From Promethearchaeota archaeon (GTDB taxonomy: Archaea; Asgardarchaeota; Lokiarchaeia; Sigyniarchaeales; SOKP01), in contig JBHLON010000008.1 of the NCBI GenBank assembly GCA_048940445.1, positions 1-64,000 of the forward strand: a stretch of 64,000 bases of DNA, read 5' to 3'. Numbering within the stretch: position 1 is the stretch's first letter; each line of letters begins with the position of its first letter. A program made the position numbers and the translations under genes. Shown in pieces: positions 39,646 through 49,581 of this stretch. The notes beneath the pieces were generated by a model. It did not search any database, had not been told where the DNA came from, and worked only from the letters and a program-made list of their open reading frames with translations.

Positions 39646-40621
39646 GAATTAATTCTAAAGGGTCTTTATCTTCGCTCTCTTCAAAAGAGTTCTTATTCTC
39701 GAATGAGTCTTCGAATTGGGATTTAAATTCTTCTATTTTCTTCGAAATATTTTCTGGAATTTCAATTCTATCTTCACTTTTGCGTTTAATAGAAACTTCT
39801 TTTAATTTTTGTCGTTTCTTTCTACGTCTTAACCTTTCAAATTCTCCTTTAGATAAGTGTAAATAATTTTCATAAGTCTCTTGTTGTTCTTGCTGTTTTT
39901 TTTTTAATTTTTCAATCTCTTCATTTTCTCTGATCTTCTTTATAAAGTCCTCTTTTATTTGTAATTCTTCAGTGGTAAAGTTATGCTTTTTATCTTGAAT
40001 AAACTGAAAAAAAGTTAAATTTGGATTCTTACGAAATTTTTGTTTGTATTCATCTCTTAAATCATCATCGACATCTTGAGGAATTCCATCTAAACCCCTT
40101 TCAAGTTTCTCTTGAATTAATAGATTATAAAATTTAGATAATTTCCTTATAGTGTTTAAAAAGATTGAGTATTCTTTCAATGAACTAATTATATCTGACC
40201 ATTGGTTTAAGTCAATAGAAGGAGTATAGGTTATTCTATCAATTACTTTAGAGACATCTTTATTTTCTATTAAATCTAATCCGATTTTTTTTGTAAAATC
40301 TTTATCAATTTTTACTGCTTTTAATTTTTGTTTAACATTTTCTTTAAATTTCTTTACTAAGTTATCTTTATAAAAGTACAGTTGATTTAGGTTTTCTTTT
40401 AAAATCTCAATCATTCTATTGTTTAAATTATTAAAAATAGCCATTATTTCTTCATATTGATTAACAACAGTATTATCATTATATAATACTTCTGTTAAAG
40501 AATTCTTCTTTTCAGTCATGATCTTCTTAATTTCATTCAATTTATTTAGTTGAATTTGAAGATCATAAATTGGAGAACTTAATTCTTTAATTTTTTCGAG
40601 GTTAAATAATGAAAAATTCAT
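39581..40621 (-). CDS. Hypothetical coiled-coil protein with charged C-terminus
   Basis: 346-aa ORF in operon; K/E/R-rich helical tail. Confidence 0.7.
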   Translation of the reverse strand: MNFSLFNLEKIKELSSPIYDLQIQLNKLNEIKKIMTEKKNSLTEVLYNDNTVVNQYEEIMAIFNNLNNRMIEILKENLNQLYFYKDNLVKKFKENVKQKLKAVKIDKDFTKKIGLDLIENKDVSKVIDRITYTPSIDLNQWSDIISSLKEYSIFLNTIRKLSKFYNLLIQEKLERGLDGIPQDVDDDLRDEYKQKFRKNPNLTFFQFIQDKKHNFTTEELQIKEDFIKKIRENEEIEKLKKKQQEQQETYENYLHLSKGEFERLRRRKKRQKLKEVSIKRKSEDRIEIPENISKKIEEFKSQFEDSFENKNSFEESEDKDPLELIRERKNKKEEEYKKFKKHFEDT

Positions 40622-40667
40622 ATATTTGAGGTCAATAGGATTTGTAATTATAATTTAATATAGTTGA

Positions 40668-41774
40668 TTAAATTTCTGGTGGACCTTCCATTTTGTCTGA
40701 TCTATTTTCAATTGTTTTTTGAGAAGATTTTTTTATACTGCTTAAGATATCTTGACGTTCAACATGAATTGCAGTTCCCCCAACCAGCTTTAAAGCTTGG
40801 TAAAACATGTCATAAGTTAATATTTCTCTATTCATAGCTTTCAATAATGCAACTTTGGTGCCTCGTTCAATATCAGAACCTGAATAACCATGAGTCAATT
40901 TTAAAATTCCCTCAATTTTACTCTTTTTTTGGATTTCTCTCCAGAGTGTATTATCTTCAAATTCGGATATTTTTTCTCCAATTTTACGCTTTAAATCTTT
41001 TTCCAAACTCTGTAACTCTTCATACTCTTTATCTAGGCTTGCAAATAGGTATTCATCAACACCTATTTTAGCGTTTTTTATTTTTTGTAAAAAAGAATAA
41101 ATTATTTTCTTTCTTAGATGAAAATCAGGGAAATCAAATTGAAGATGAAAAGTAAATCTTCTCCAAATTGCAGAATCTAATTGATTTTGATGATTTGTCG
41201 CCCCAAAAATTGCTAATGGAACACCTTCATAGTTAATTCTATCAATAACTTGCAAAAATGAGATCACTGCCCTTTTAATTTCTCCTACTTCATGAATATT
41301 TGATCTTTCAGAGCCAATAGCATCTATTTCATCAAAAAATAAAATAAAAGCAGATCTTTCTCGAGCAATTTCAGCAGCTAAATCTACAACACGTCTTATC
41401 TGTTTAATAGTATCTCCTAAAAGGGGGGAAACTAATCTATCAGTTTCTACTACGCATATGGGAATTGCAAATTTCTTCGCAAATCCTCTCGTTAATGAAG
41501 TTTTACCGGTGCCTGGTGGTCCATATAAAAGAACTGTTAAACTCGGATTTAATTTAGTTTCTTTTAACCGTTCAGTATAATCTTCATATTTATTTAGGGC
41601 ATCAAAGAAATCGTTTAAAATTTCTTTTTTAACTTCATTTCCTAGGATGTCTTCAACAGTTTCTTTTATTTCATATGGGAAGTATACAGCTCCATATTTA
41701 CCCATTCTATCTTTAATGATATCATCAGTGTATATGATTTTTTTTTCACTTTCTTTATTACTAATAAATCTCAT
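40668..41774 (-). CDS. AAA+ ATPase (classic AAA clade, no N-domain)
   Basis: GPPGTGKT, ILFFDEID, second region of homology ATNHQNQLDSAIWRRF, GYSGSDI. Confidence 0.93.
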   Translation of the reverse strand: MRFISNKESEKKIIYTDDIIKDRMGKYGAVYFPYEIKETVEDILGNEVKKEILNDFFDALNKYEDYTERLKETKLNPSLTVLLYGPPGTGKTSLTRGFAKKFAIPICVVETDRLVSPLLGDTIKQIRRVVDLAAEIARERSAFILFFDEIDAIGSERSNIHEVGEIKRAVISFLQVIDRINYEGVPLAIFGATNHQNQLDSAIWRRFTFHLQFDFPDFHLRKKIIYSFLQKIKNAKIGVDEYLFASLDKEYEELQSLEKDLKRKIGEKISEFEDNTLWREIQKKSKIEGILKLTHGYSGSDIERGTKVALLKAMNREILTYDMFYQALKLVGGTAIHVERQDILSSIKKSSQKTIENRSDKMEGPPEI

Positions 41775-41789
41775 CTCTTTTTTTGTAAT

Positions 41790-43106
41790 TTAATTATTTT
41801 TTCTTTCTTTTTCAAATTTTTCACAAAATTCTGCAATCTCAGAAATTAGGATTTTCAGATTATCTATTTCAGCCCCCATAAAGTTAAAAATTTCCTTTCT
41901 GTATTGAGGTGAGTCTCTAATTTTCATTTTATCTAAACCTAAATAATTTGGAAAGCAAATTAACTTCATAAGATATGGGAGGATCTTCTCATTTGTTTGT
42001 AAATCTTTAAAAATAGGGTAAAAAATATTCTCATCAGACAATTTCCACTTCAAAATACCCATATAAATTAGAAAAGCAAAATTCATTGAAATCCAATTTA
42101 TTAATTCTTTTGATAAAAACCCACGTCTTTGAGAAGCAAAAGCTAAGTAGTAGAGGAATAGTGTCTCATTACTAAACTGGGGATATAACCTGATAGTCCC
42201 ATCAGATTGTTTATTTTCACGTAAAAAATTATTAGCTATTAATATGTTTACAAAATCTTCATGAAGCGTTAAAAAGATCTCATCTATTAATCTAAGACCT
42301 ATTCTTTCAGAAATAGATTGTACAGCTTGTTCTTCAGCATTAGCAATTGAATCAATATAAGGTAGAAAAACATCAGTCTTTAATATCATTGGAATTTCAT
42401 AATTTTCTTTTTCTGGATATTTTCCAAAATTTGGATCAAGATTAAAAAGTGATGTGATATTATTGATAAGTTGAGTCACTTTAGGGGATAAGGATGGTAC
42501 TTCAAAAGTATCAGGAGTCTCTATTTTTTCACGATAATATGTGTGGGATTGTAAAATGTGTCTTTGACATTCAAAAAAATGCTGAGCATTTTTTAATAAT
42601 TTTTCATATATAAATTTCAAATTTACTCCCCTAGGAAAAACTACTGCCTCGATATACTTTACTAAATTATATAAATATGTATCTTCTAGATTAATTTCAT
42701 CTGGATTTGTGATATGTCTTAATACATTTAAAGCATCTATTGATTCATGAAGGAAATCTACAATGTAATCTTTTATATCAATTAGAGGTATTTTTTCTCT
42801 ATATTTAATAATAAAATCCTTAATAATCTCGTAAATATTTGATCTATACATAGCTGAGAATTCTGATAAAGCTCTTACTTTTCTAATATTTCTTTTTTCT
42901 TCCTCTTGTCGGATTTTATCTAAGACTTCTGTATCAAATAAAAGATCTGCATCTAAATCGATAATAATTCTTCGGGTTTCTCTAAGAATTGGCCTCATAT
43001 GGCTAATAAATGTTAAATATCTAGGAAGTATTTCTGTCCATTTCTCTCTTTTTCTTCCTGATTTAATTGTTGTTATTGATTTCTTTTTATAGCTTATTTC
43101 AATCAC
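41790..43106 (-). CDS. Hypothetical protein (438 aa)
   Basis: Long ORF, tightly packed in operon; mostly helical. Confidence 0.75.
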   Translation of the reverse strand: MIEISYKKKSITTIKSGRKREKWTEILPRYLTFISHMRPILRETRRIIIDLDADLLFDTEVLDKIRQEEEKRNIRKVRALSEFSAMYRSNIYEIIKDFIIKYREKIPLIDIKDYIVDFLHESIDALNVLRHITNPDEINLEDTYLYNLVKYIEAVVFPRGVNLKFIYEKLLKNAQHFFECQRHILQSHTYYREKIETPDTFEVPSLSPKVTQLINNITSLFNLDPNFGKYPEKENYEIPMILKTDVFLPYIDSIANAEEQAVQSISERIGLRLIDEIFLTLHEDFVNILIANNFLRENKQSDGTIRLYPQFSNETLFLYYLAFASQRRGFLSKELINWISMNFAFLIYMGILKWKLSDENIFYPIFKDLQTNEKILPYLMKLICFPNYLGLDKMKIRDSPQYRKEIFNFMGAEIDNLKILISEIAEFCEKFEKERKNN

Positions 43107-43122
43107 CCAATTTCATGAAATT

Positions 43123-44262
43123 CTATTCTTCTTTATATCCAACTAACACTTCAGTTAAGATATTACCTATACTGACAAAAATGGGTATTTCTACTCTAAC
43201 CAACTGCCCTAAAATCCATTTATTAACATCTTTTAATAAAAATCGTATTTGATTTACAATTCTTTTATTAACTTCAGAATCTATTATCTCGGAAATCCAC
43301 AAACCTCCTCCTAGTCTGTAGGCAACTATTTTAATAAGAGGGTCAAATAAATTTTCTAATACCTGCTTCATCATCCAAGATTTTGGAACAATACTCATTT
43401 TAGTATCATCATAATTAGGATCATTTAAGATTGGACTTGTTTCATCAACTGAAATTTTTGGCAAAAAACTTAACAATAAAATTACAGAGAATATTGCTGA
43501 AATCCCATTAATAGTATAAGTTCCTCCAATTTTTTCTAGATCGTCCCTATTTATAGCAATATTTGCTAAGAACATACAAATAAAGACATTTCGGTCAAAC
43601 TCCTCTGAAACATATGCATATCCTAACTCCTCATCAATTACTAAATATTTCTCTTCAAGAATTTTAATGATATCCTCTGGAAAGGTATAAAAAGTATATT
43701 TTTTTTGGCTGCTAGTCCTCACATCTTTTTCTACAACAAGCTCTTTTGATATTAATCCAAACATATTTATAAGTTGTTCAAGCTGCTTTTTCACATAATG
43801 CTTAGGTTTATTAGGATCTCCAAACATTGCAAAGAATTGGTGATCTACAATATGAAAGTCATTTCTTTTACTAAAGGCTTCAACCATCCTATCAATTATT
43901 GGACCTTGAGTTCCTATTACAATTGCTTTTGCTTTGGAGGTGACAAATCCATTTAACAATTCATTAATTATAAAATCTTGTTCATGAGTGCGTGATTTTA
44001 AAATTTTTTCAAATGCTAGAGAAAAATCCTTAGTGTTAGGAAAAAATGTGTTTTGTATCTTATCATTTATAGATTTAATGAAAATTTCCCCGTTGTTTTT
44101 AGGAAAAATTAATTTCATATCATTTAATCGTTGTATCAAAGCCTGTTTAGCACCTGGAATATTCTCAATGTCTCTGTTTTCAAGTCGTTCTATTGCATTC
44201 TCTAAACCCTTTTCAAAATCTAAAATTAATTTATTCCAATCTGGATCTAAAATTTCAGCCAT
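43123..44262 (-). CDS. Hypothetical protein with possible central winged helix (379 aa)
   Basis: Long ORF; YVKKQLEQLINMFGLISKE...YTFY resembles a wHTH recognition helix plus wing. Confidence 0.7.
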   Translation of the reverse strand: MAEILDPDWNKLILDFEKGLENAIERLENRDIENIPGAKQALIQRLNDMKLIFPKNNGEIFIKSINDKIQNTFFPNTKDFSLAFEKILKSRTHEQDFIINELLNGFVTSKAKAIVIGTQGPIIDRMVEAFSKRNDFHIVDHQFFAMFGDPNKPKHYVKKQLEQLINMFGLISKELVVEKDVRTSSQKKYTFYTFPEDIIKILEEKYLVIDEELGYAYVSEEFDRNVFICMFLANIAINRDDLEKIGGTYTINGISAIFSVILLLSFLPKISVDETSPILNDPNYDDTKMSIVPKSWMMKQVLENLFDPLIKIVAYRLGGGLWISEIIDSEVNKRIVNQIRFLLKDVNKWILGQLVRVEIPIFVSIGNILTEVLVGYKEE

Positions 44263-44280
44263 TTTATTTACAACTTTTTT

Positions 44281-45240
44281 TTAATCAATATTCCAATTCA
44301 TTTCGATAGATATTTTTTTTAATGCATTTATCAGAGGTTTTATTAACTTCTTATCAAAAATATTTGGAGAGGCGATACCTTTTTGGGCTTTCCAACCCAT
44401 TTGAACGCCATTTCCTATTTCTCTTTTACCAAATTTAATGAAATTAGTTAAATCTCGAACCCACCAGTAGAATCTTAACCATTTCTTATTGGGGTTATCC
44501 TTAGAATAGATAATTACTATAGCTTTCCATTCACCTACTAACCATTTTACTGTAATTCCACTTAACGGCATGTAATAATTAATTGGGAAATTACTGTGAA
44601 AAGATAAATCAAGATCGGAGGGGGAGATACTAAAAATTGGTTGATTATATCCTTCTAATATTACAATTTCTGAACAATGCTGACAAATATAATGGGATTT
44701 TTTTTTTTCCATTTTGTTCTGGCAATTTGGACATGTTCGATTTTCAATGATTCGAGCTTTAATAATCTCTAACTTTCTTTCTTTTGCTAATACTTCTTCT
44801 GATTTTGGTTTAGATTTACCATATATTCCTTTCCAATTCCAAAAATCATCAAAAGATTCTTCAATTTTTTCCAAAACTTTTATAGTATTTTTTAGTACTG
44901 CATTATCGTAAATTTTGAATAGTCCTGCGTGTTGATAATTTTTCCACCATGATAATCTTACATATCTTTCTTTATAGGAGCTTTCACAGATTAAAACTGC
45001 CATAACATAATTGGTAGTTTTATTTACAATTATTCCTTTTTCACAAATTTCATAAGTCTTATTTAAACTAAGATTTTTATGGAAATATTCCCCCTCCTGA
45101 AATTCACCTTCCTTAATAACATCTTTTTGCTCTTTTACAATTTTTTCTTCCGATTGTTTTAAGATTTTTCTACACTGCGGACATTGAAATATACCCGCAA
45201 CTAATGATTCCATTTCTATATTACAAGAAGGACATTTCAA
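44281..45240 (-). CDS. Duplicated zinc ribbon + PC4/PUR-like domain protein
   Basis: Internal duplication: CPSC..CPQC...YVRLSWW...LKNTIKVLEKI and CPNC..CQHC...WLRFYWW...IKPLINALKKI. Confidence 0.65.
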   Translation of the reverse strand: MKCPSCNIEMESLVAGIFQCPQCRKILKQSEEKIVKEQKDVIKEGEFQEGEYFHKNLSLNKTYEICEKGIIVNKTTNYVMAVLICESSYKERYVRLSWWKNYQHAGLFKIYDNAVLKNTIKVLEKIEESFDDFWNWKGIYGKSKPKSEEVLAKERKLEIIKARIIENRTCPNCQNKMEKKKSHYICQHCSEIVILEGYNQPIFSISPSDLDLSFHSNFPINYYMPLSGITVKWLVGEWKAIVIIYSKDNPNKKWLRFYWWVRDLTNFIKFGKREIGNGVQMGWKAQKGIASPNIFDKKLIKPLINALKKISIEMNWNID

Positions 45241-45242
45241 AG

Positions 45243-46343
45243 TTATTCATCACTACCAACTATTATAGCTCTTTCATAATCCAAATTTAATAGCTTTACT
45301 TCTTTTTTAGAATATTTAGAAATTTTATTATTAATTTTCACCAATTTTCCTCGGAGCTTTAATAGAGTATCTTGAATTTTATCGACAATTTTTTCCTCAT
45401 TAAACGATACTTTTTCTATAAATGTAAGATAACCGCACTTTTTATCCCTACCAGAATACAATCTCTTATTATCCAAAAGTTTCTTCTCAATGTTATTTAA
45501 TTTTAAGCTTATATTGAGCAAATCAATTAATTTTGACTTCCACTGTAGAAAAATTTTGTTTTTTGTATTTATCTTTTCAAATTTAAATTTCTCAGGAAGT
45601 TCAATTTTATTTTCATTAAGGAAATTAAAAATGTCCTTATTTTCTTCTATTGCTTTATAGATCTTATTTAACACAGGTTTGGTATTTAAACTTGGTTCAA
45701 ATATACTTATAAATTCATTAGTTTTACCTTTAATTTCTTTGAATCTTTGAAAAAAACCCTCTATTGTAATCTCAATTTTTATAGTCTGATAAATATTGCC
45801 ATACTGATCTAATATATAGTATAGATCATCAGATAAAGTATAATCATGATCGCTAATTTCAAATATTAAAGAATGAATAATATTACTAGATTCACACCTT
45901 ACCCCTTTTAATTTTGTGAGAGCTAAATTAAAATTTCTTCTTGACAAAGATTTAAACTTTTTATTTATGATTAGAAAAAGTGTATCATCGGGTACAGAAA
46001 TCACGTTATTATCCAATGTTACTGTTTCCATACCTAATTTTATAATAAAATCATCTTTCTTTTGTTCAAATTCTTTTATACTCCGAATATTTTTGAATAA
46101 TCCAAGATCGATTGCTGTCTCAGTAAATTCTCTTGGCCAAAATTTTATAATATTACTTTTATAAATATCATCTAATACTAAAACTCTCTCGTATGATTCT
46201 ATAATACTTTGATCGCTTAAATCTTTAAATAAATCATTCCTGATGATGTAGAGAAATAATATGATATATCTCATGTCTATATCGTCAAGGATTTTATCAA
46301 TTAGATTCTTATCATAATCCATTGACAAATTTTTGTGTTCCAT
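45243..46343 (-). CDS. Hypothetical protein: possible winged helix followed by coiled coil (first gene of operon)
   Basis: LSRRNFNLALTKL...DYTLSD wHTH-like segment, then heptad-rich C-terminal half. Confidence 0.7.
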   Translation of the reverse strand: MEHKNLSMDYDKNLIDKILDDIDMRYIILFLYIIRNDLFKDLSDQSIIESYERVLVLDDIYKSNIIKFWPREFTETAIDLGLFKNIRSIKEFEQKKDDFIIKLGMETVTLDNNVISVPDDTLFLIINKKFKSLSRRNFNLALTKLKGVRCESSNIIHSLIFEISDHDYTLSDDLYYILDQYGNIYQTIKIEITIEGFFQRFKEIKGKTNEFISIFEPSLNTKPVLNKIYKAIEENKDIFNFLNENKIELPEKFKFEKINTKNKIFLQWKSKLIDLLNISLKLNNIEKKLLDNKRLYSGRDKKCGYLTFIEKVSFNEEKIVDKIQDTLLKLRGKLVKINNKISKYSKKEVKLLNLDYERAIIVGSDE

Positions 46344-46529
46344 ACCTAAAATCCACTAGTTTATAATTAAATCTATTTCGATTAAAAAGAGTGAGTAATG
46401 TAATTAAGCATTCCTAAAAAGTTTTACGATTTCCTCTTACTTGTTAATTAAAAAGCGAAAATTTTTTAGATTTGATTTCTAGATACTTTGTGAATTAGAT
46501 TAAGAAAAATTAAATAAACTTGATTTTAA

Positions 46530-47111
46530 ATGGGAAGAAGAAAAAGAAAGCAACAGACATATAAAAGAGTTAAGAAAGTACCAAAAATATTTACTTGTCC
46601 TTCATGTGGAGAAAAGTCAGTTAAGGTAGAAGGGCTTAGAAAAGGATTAATAGCGACAGTTAAATGTGGGTATTGTGGTTTGACAAAAGAGGTATTAGTC
46701 AATTCGATCTCAGAACCTGTTGATGCCTTTGGTGACTTTATTGATATCTATTATGCTGATCAAGAAATGCAACGATTAGAAAGAAGAGTTGAAAAGTTGA
46801 AAGAAGATAATGAATGGGGTGAATTGGCTCTATGTTACTCAATTTTGTCCGATTTAAGTAAAGTAAAAGCCGCAGAGTTATTAGAAGATGAGGAAAATGC
46901 AAATATAGATGAAATAAATAGTTGGAAGTTGAGAGCAGAAGAATTTAAGAGAAAAGAAAAAGATGCACTAAATCAATTGGATCTCCATGAGATGGAAAAA
47001 GGAATAAAGACTGATGAAGAATCCTTATTTTCTGAACATGACGAAAGTAGTATAAAAAAGGAAAAAAAAATTGAAGATATATTTGATGATCCTGGATTTC
47101 TGGAATTTTAA
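46530..47111 (+). CDS. elf1: Transcription elongation factor Elf1 with C-terminal extension
   Basis: MGRRKRK, FTCPSCG, CGYCG, SEPVDAFGDFID. Confidence 0.92.
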   Translation: MGRRKRKQQTYKRVKKVPKIFTCPSCGEKSVKVEGLRKGLIATVKCGYCGLTKEVLVNSISEPVDAFGDFIDIYYADQEMQRLERRVEKLKEDNEWGELALCYSILSDLSKVKAAELLEDEENANIDEINSWKLRAEEFKRKEKDALNQLDLHEMEKGIKTDEESLFSEHDESSIKKEKKIEDIFDDPGFLEF

Positions 47112-47129
47112 AACATAGATTATTAAAAA

Positions 47130-48839
47130 TTATACTTTCAAGATTTTTGATTTTATATTCTGAGGAATATATTTCCAAATAGGAAGTTTTAAAATAAACT
47201 CAAAAAATCTTTTTCTACTAAGCTTATTTCGTAAAATAAAATACCCCCAGTTATAAAAAGCTAACCTATTGAAAAGGTGCATTAGATTTACACCAAACGG
47301 ATTATAACGTGAAGCTAAAAAGCTAGCAATGTAAGCACCAAATCTTTTTGTATGAGGCACTGCCTCTGGATAAATAGTTTCAGACAAGGGCCTATTGAAT
47401 ATTTCATATATTGAAAATATTGGTATTAGCTCATCCAACATTTTTTTTACTTTTAGATTATAATCTTTCTCATCAATAGAACACTTGGAGAGTTGATTTA
47501 ATTCATTTAGTGCATATATAAAATGATGATCTCTGAATGCTAACCACATTTCTGACATATCGTCTTTTAATTCATTTATCTTATTAAGTATATTTTCATC
47601 TTCGAAATCAAATTTGTATTTATTTTCGTAGTATTTCAAACATAATAAGAAGATTGAATCAATTGGCTTGTTCTTTAAATTCATATTATGACTCTTTTCT
47701 TTAATACAAAATTTGATTTCTTCATTTGTTAAAAAATGTAAAGTGTGAGTATATAGAGGAGTTGTCCAGAGTAATTCTAACATTCTTTCCATGATATAAA
47801 TATAAAGGTTACATTTCTCAATTTCAAAAATATTTTTAGAATATTCAAGGAGAGATTTATTAAATCTTGTTGATCGATTGAAAAATAGTTTTAACTTTTT
47901 TTTCCGACTTAATTTGATCTTAAGTTTTCTTTTTTCAGCTTTATATGTTATGATTTTAGTTATTAATATTTTTTTAAATGAGAGAAGTTTTAAGGTATAA
48001 GCATAAAAGTTGATGTCATATTTCTCTTTCACGTTATGATTAGAAATTAAAGGTACATTTAGAATCCTTTTGGGAGGATCTAATTCAATGCTCATTGAAT
48101 GATCTCCAATAGAATAGGAAAAGTAAGTATTTTGAAGAACGTGATTCAAAGATTTAAAATTTCCGAGATTCTTTGGTTCTTTAGTGAAATATCCATGTAA
48201 AAGAGTATCAATGCCTTTATAGATACTATTATTATATTCAGAGATAATAATTGACTCAAACTCCCCAGGATGATGCCTTTTAATATTATATCGATTTGCT
48301 ACTAAAAAGATTGCTTGATTTGCCCTATGACATACAGTATGGCTCCATTTCAATATTGGTTCTAATATCTTACCGTAAGTTAATATATATCCGTAAAATT
48401 CTGGGCCAAAATATATTGGAAATCCAAATCCACGGGATGTGGCAAATATAAACTGAAAAAGATGCCTTACTTTTTCATTTTTTAAAAATCCTGGAAATTT
48501 ATAATGTAAAGTAAGCATAGGATATAATGCATTAATACCCAAAGTCATCCAAGCTTCGAATAAAGTGATACTGTCGGGAAATATAGATGAATCTTTTCTG
48601 TCTATTAAATTATTACTTAACTTACTTAAAGTGAATAGTCTCCAATTTGACTTAAATTTCAATATTTCTTTATTATCATTTAGAAGTAGTCGTTTATTTT
48701 GATTTGTGGACTGCATTTTTTTAAAGTAATATCGATTCATCACTCTTATTAATGATGGTATCTCTAAAATCTGCCTTTTAAGATCATTGATAACTTTAAC
48801 AGATGATTCTTCAGTAATTTCGTTATAGACTTGTTCCAA
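47130..48839 (-). CDS. Hypothetical protein (569 aa)
   Basis: Long ORF rich in aromatic residues; no motif recognised. Confidence 0.7.
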   Translation of the reverse strand: MEQVYNEITEESSVKVINDLKRQILEIPSLIRVMNRYYFKKMQSTNQNKRLLLNDNKEILKFKSNWRLFTLSKLSNNLIDRKDSSIFPDSITLFEAWMTLGINALYPMLTLHYKFPGFLKNEKVRHLFQFIFATSRGFGFPIYFGPEFYGYILTYGKILEPILKWSHTVCHRANQAIFLVANRYNIKRHHPGEFESIIISEYNNSIYKGIDTLLHGYFTKEPKNLGNFKSLNHVLQNTYFSYSIGDHSMSIELDPPKRILNVPLISNHNVKEKYDINFYAYTLKLLSFKKILITKIITYKAEKRKLKIKLSRKKKLKLFFNRSTRFNKSLLEYSKNIFEIEKCNLYIYIMERMLELLWTTPLYTHTLHFLTNEEIKFCIKEKSHNMNLKNKPIDSIFLLCLKYYENKYKFDFEDENILNKINELKDDMSEMWLAFRDHHFIYALNELNQLSKCSIDEKDYNLKVKKMLDELIPIFSIYEIFNRPLSETIYPEAVPHTKRFGAYIASFLASRYNPFGVNLMHLFNRLAFYNWGYFILRNKLSRKRFFEFILKLPIWKYIPQNIKSKILKV

Positions 48840-48975
48840 TTAACTTAACCATTGTTTAATTTTATCTTTTTTTAATCTAAAATATAATTGTTCGATTAAA
48901 ATTTTAATTAAAATTTGAATAAAGATGTATGAATAACCCAAATATAAAAAGATAGTGTATTTAATAGATGCAAAA

Positions 48976-49440
48976 CTAACTTTGAGTTTTACGTTTATCA
49001 AATAGTTGTTTAAGTTCACTCATTATGGCACCTCTCAAACTTATGGGACTAGCTGGGCGGGGTTGTCCCGGAGCTCCTGGTGGGCCCCCAGGCGGTGGAG
49101 GTGGGCCTCCAGGGGGTGGGCGTGGACCTGCACCTGGAGATGTGGTAGGGGGTCCTCCAGGGGGAGGTGGGGCACTGCTAGGGGCTTTTGGGGCAGATAC
49201 AATTGGTGAGACTCCCCCTCCTGTAGATCTAACAGTTGCTAGATCATTATTTAAAGTGTTAACTCGTGTTTCCAAGGTTGATATTTTTTGATTTATTGAT
49301 GATAACGATTGATCTAATAAATCAGGAATTCTAAGAAGCATGGACATCATTCTTTCAACAATATCTCCGAAAGCATTCAACTTTTCTTCGAGAGGCGCCT
49401 TTCTAGTTTCTTGCATGAAATTTGCGAATTCTTCTGCCAT
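48976..49440 (-). CDS. Coiled-coil + polyproline + WH2-like helix protein (WAVE/WASH-like architecture)
   Basis: N-terminal heptads, PPPPGGPP repeats, C-terminal SLRGAIMSELKQ. Confidence 0.75.
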   Translation of the reverse strand: MAEEFANFMQETRKAPLEEKLNAFGDIVERMMSMLLRIPDLLDQSLSSINQKISTLETRVNTLNNDLATVRSTGGGVSPIVSAPKAPSSAPPPPGGPPTTSPGAGPRPPPGGPPPPPGGPPGAPGQPRPASPISLRGAIMSELKQLFDKRKTQS

Positions 49441-49581
49441 TTTTTATCTCAATTTTTATTTTTAAAGAATTATCCAATATTTTTACTAATAATTATATAT
49501 CTGAATTATTTAATAAATTTAAGTTCGTAAGAGTTAAAACTATTTCAAGTAAGGTTATAAAAAATTTTAAAAAAAATTAAA

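Noticed and set aside
37473-46343. Calling the operon Wadjet/MksBEFG
   Set aside because: The SMC-like ORF is short and lacks ATPase motifs, no Toprim nuclease is present, and gene order differs
49006-49291. Plus-strand Gly/Trp-rich ORFs
   Set aside because: Antisense shadows of the polyproline codons of 48976-49440
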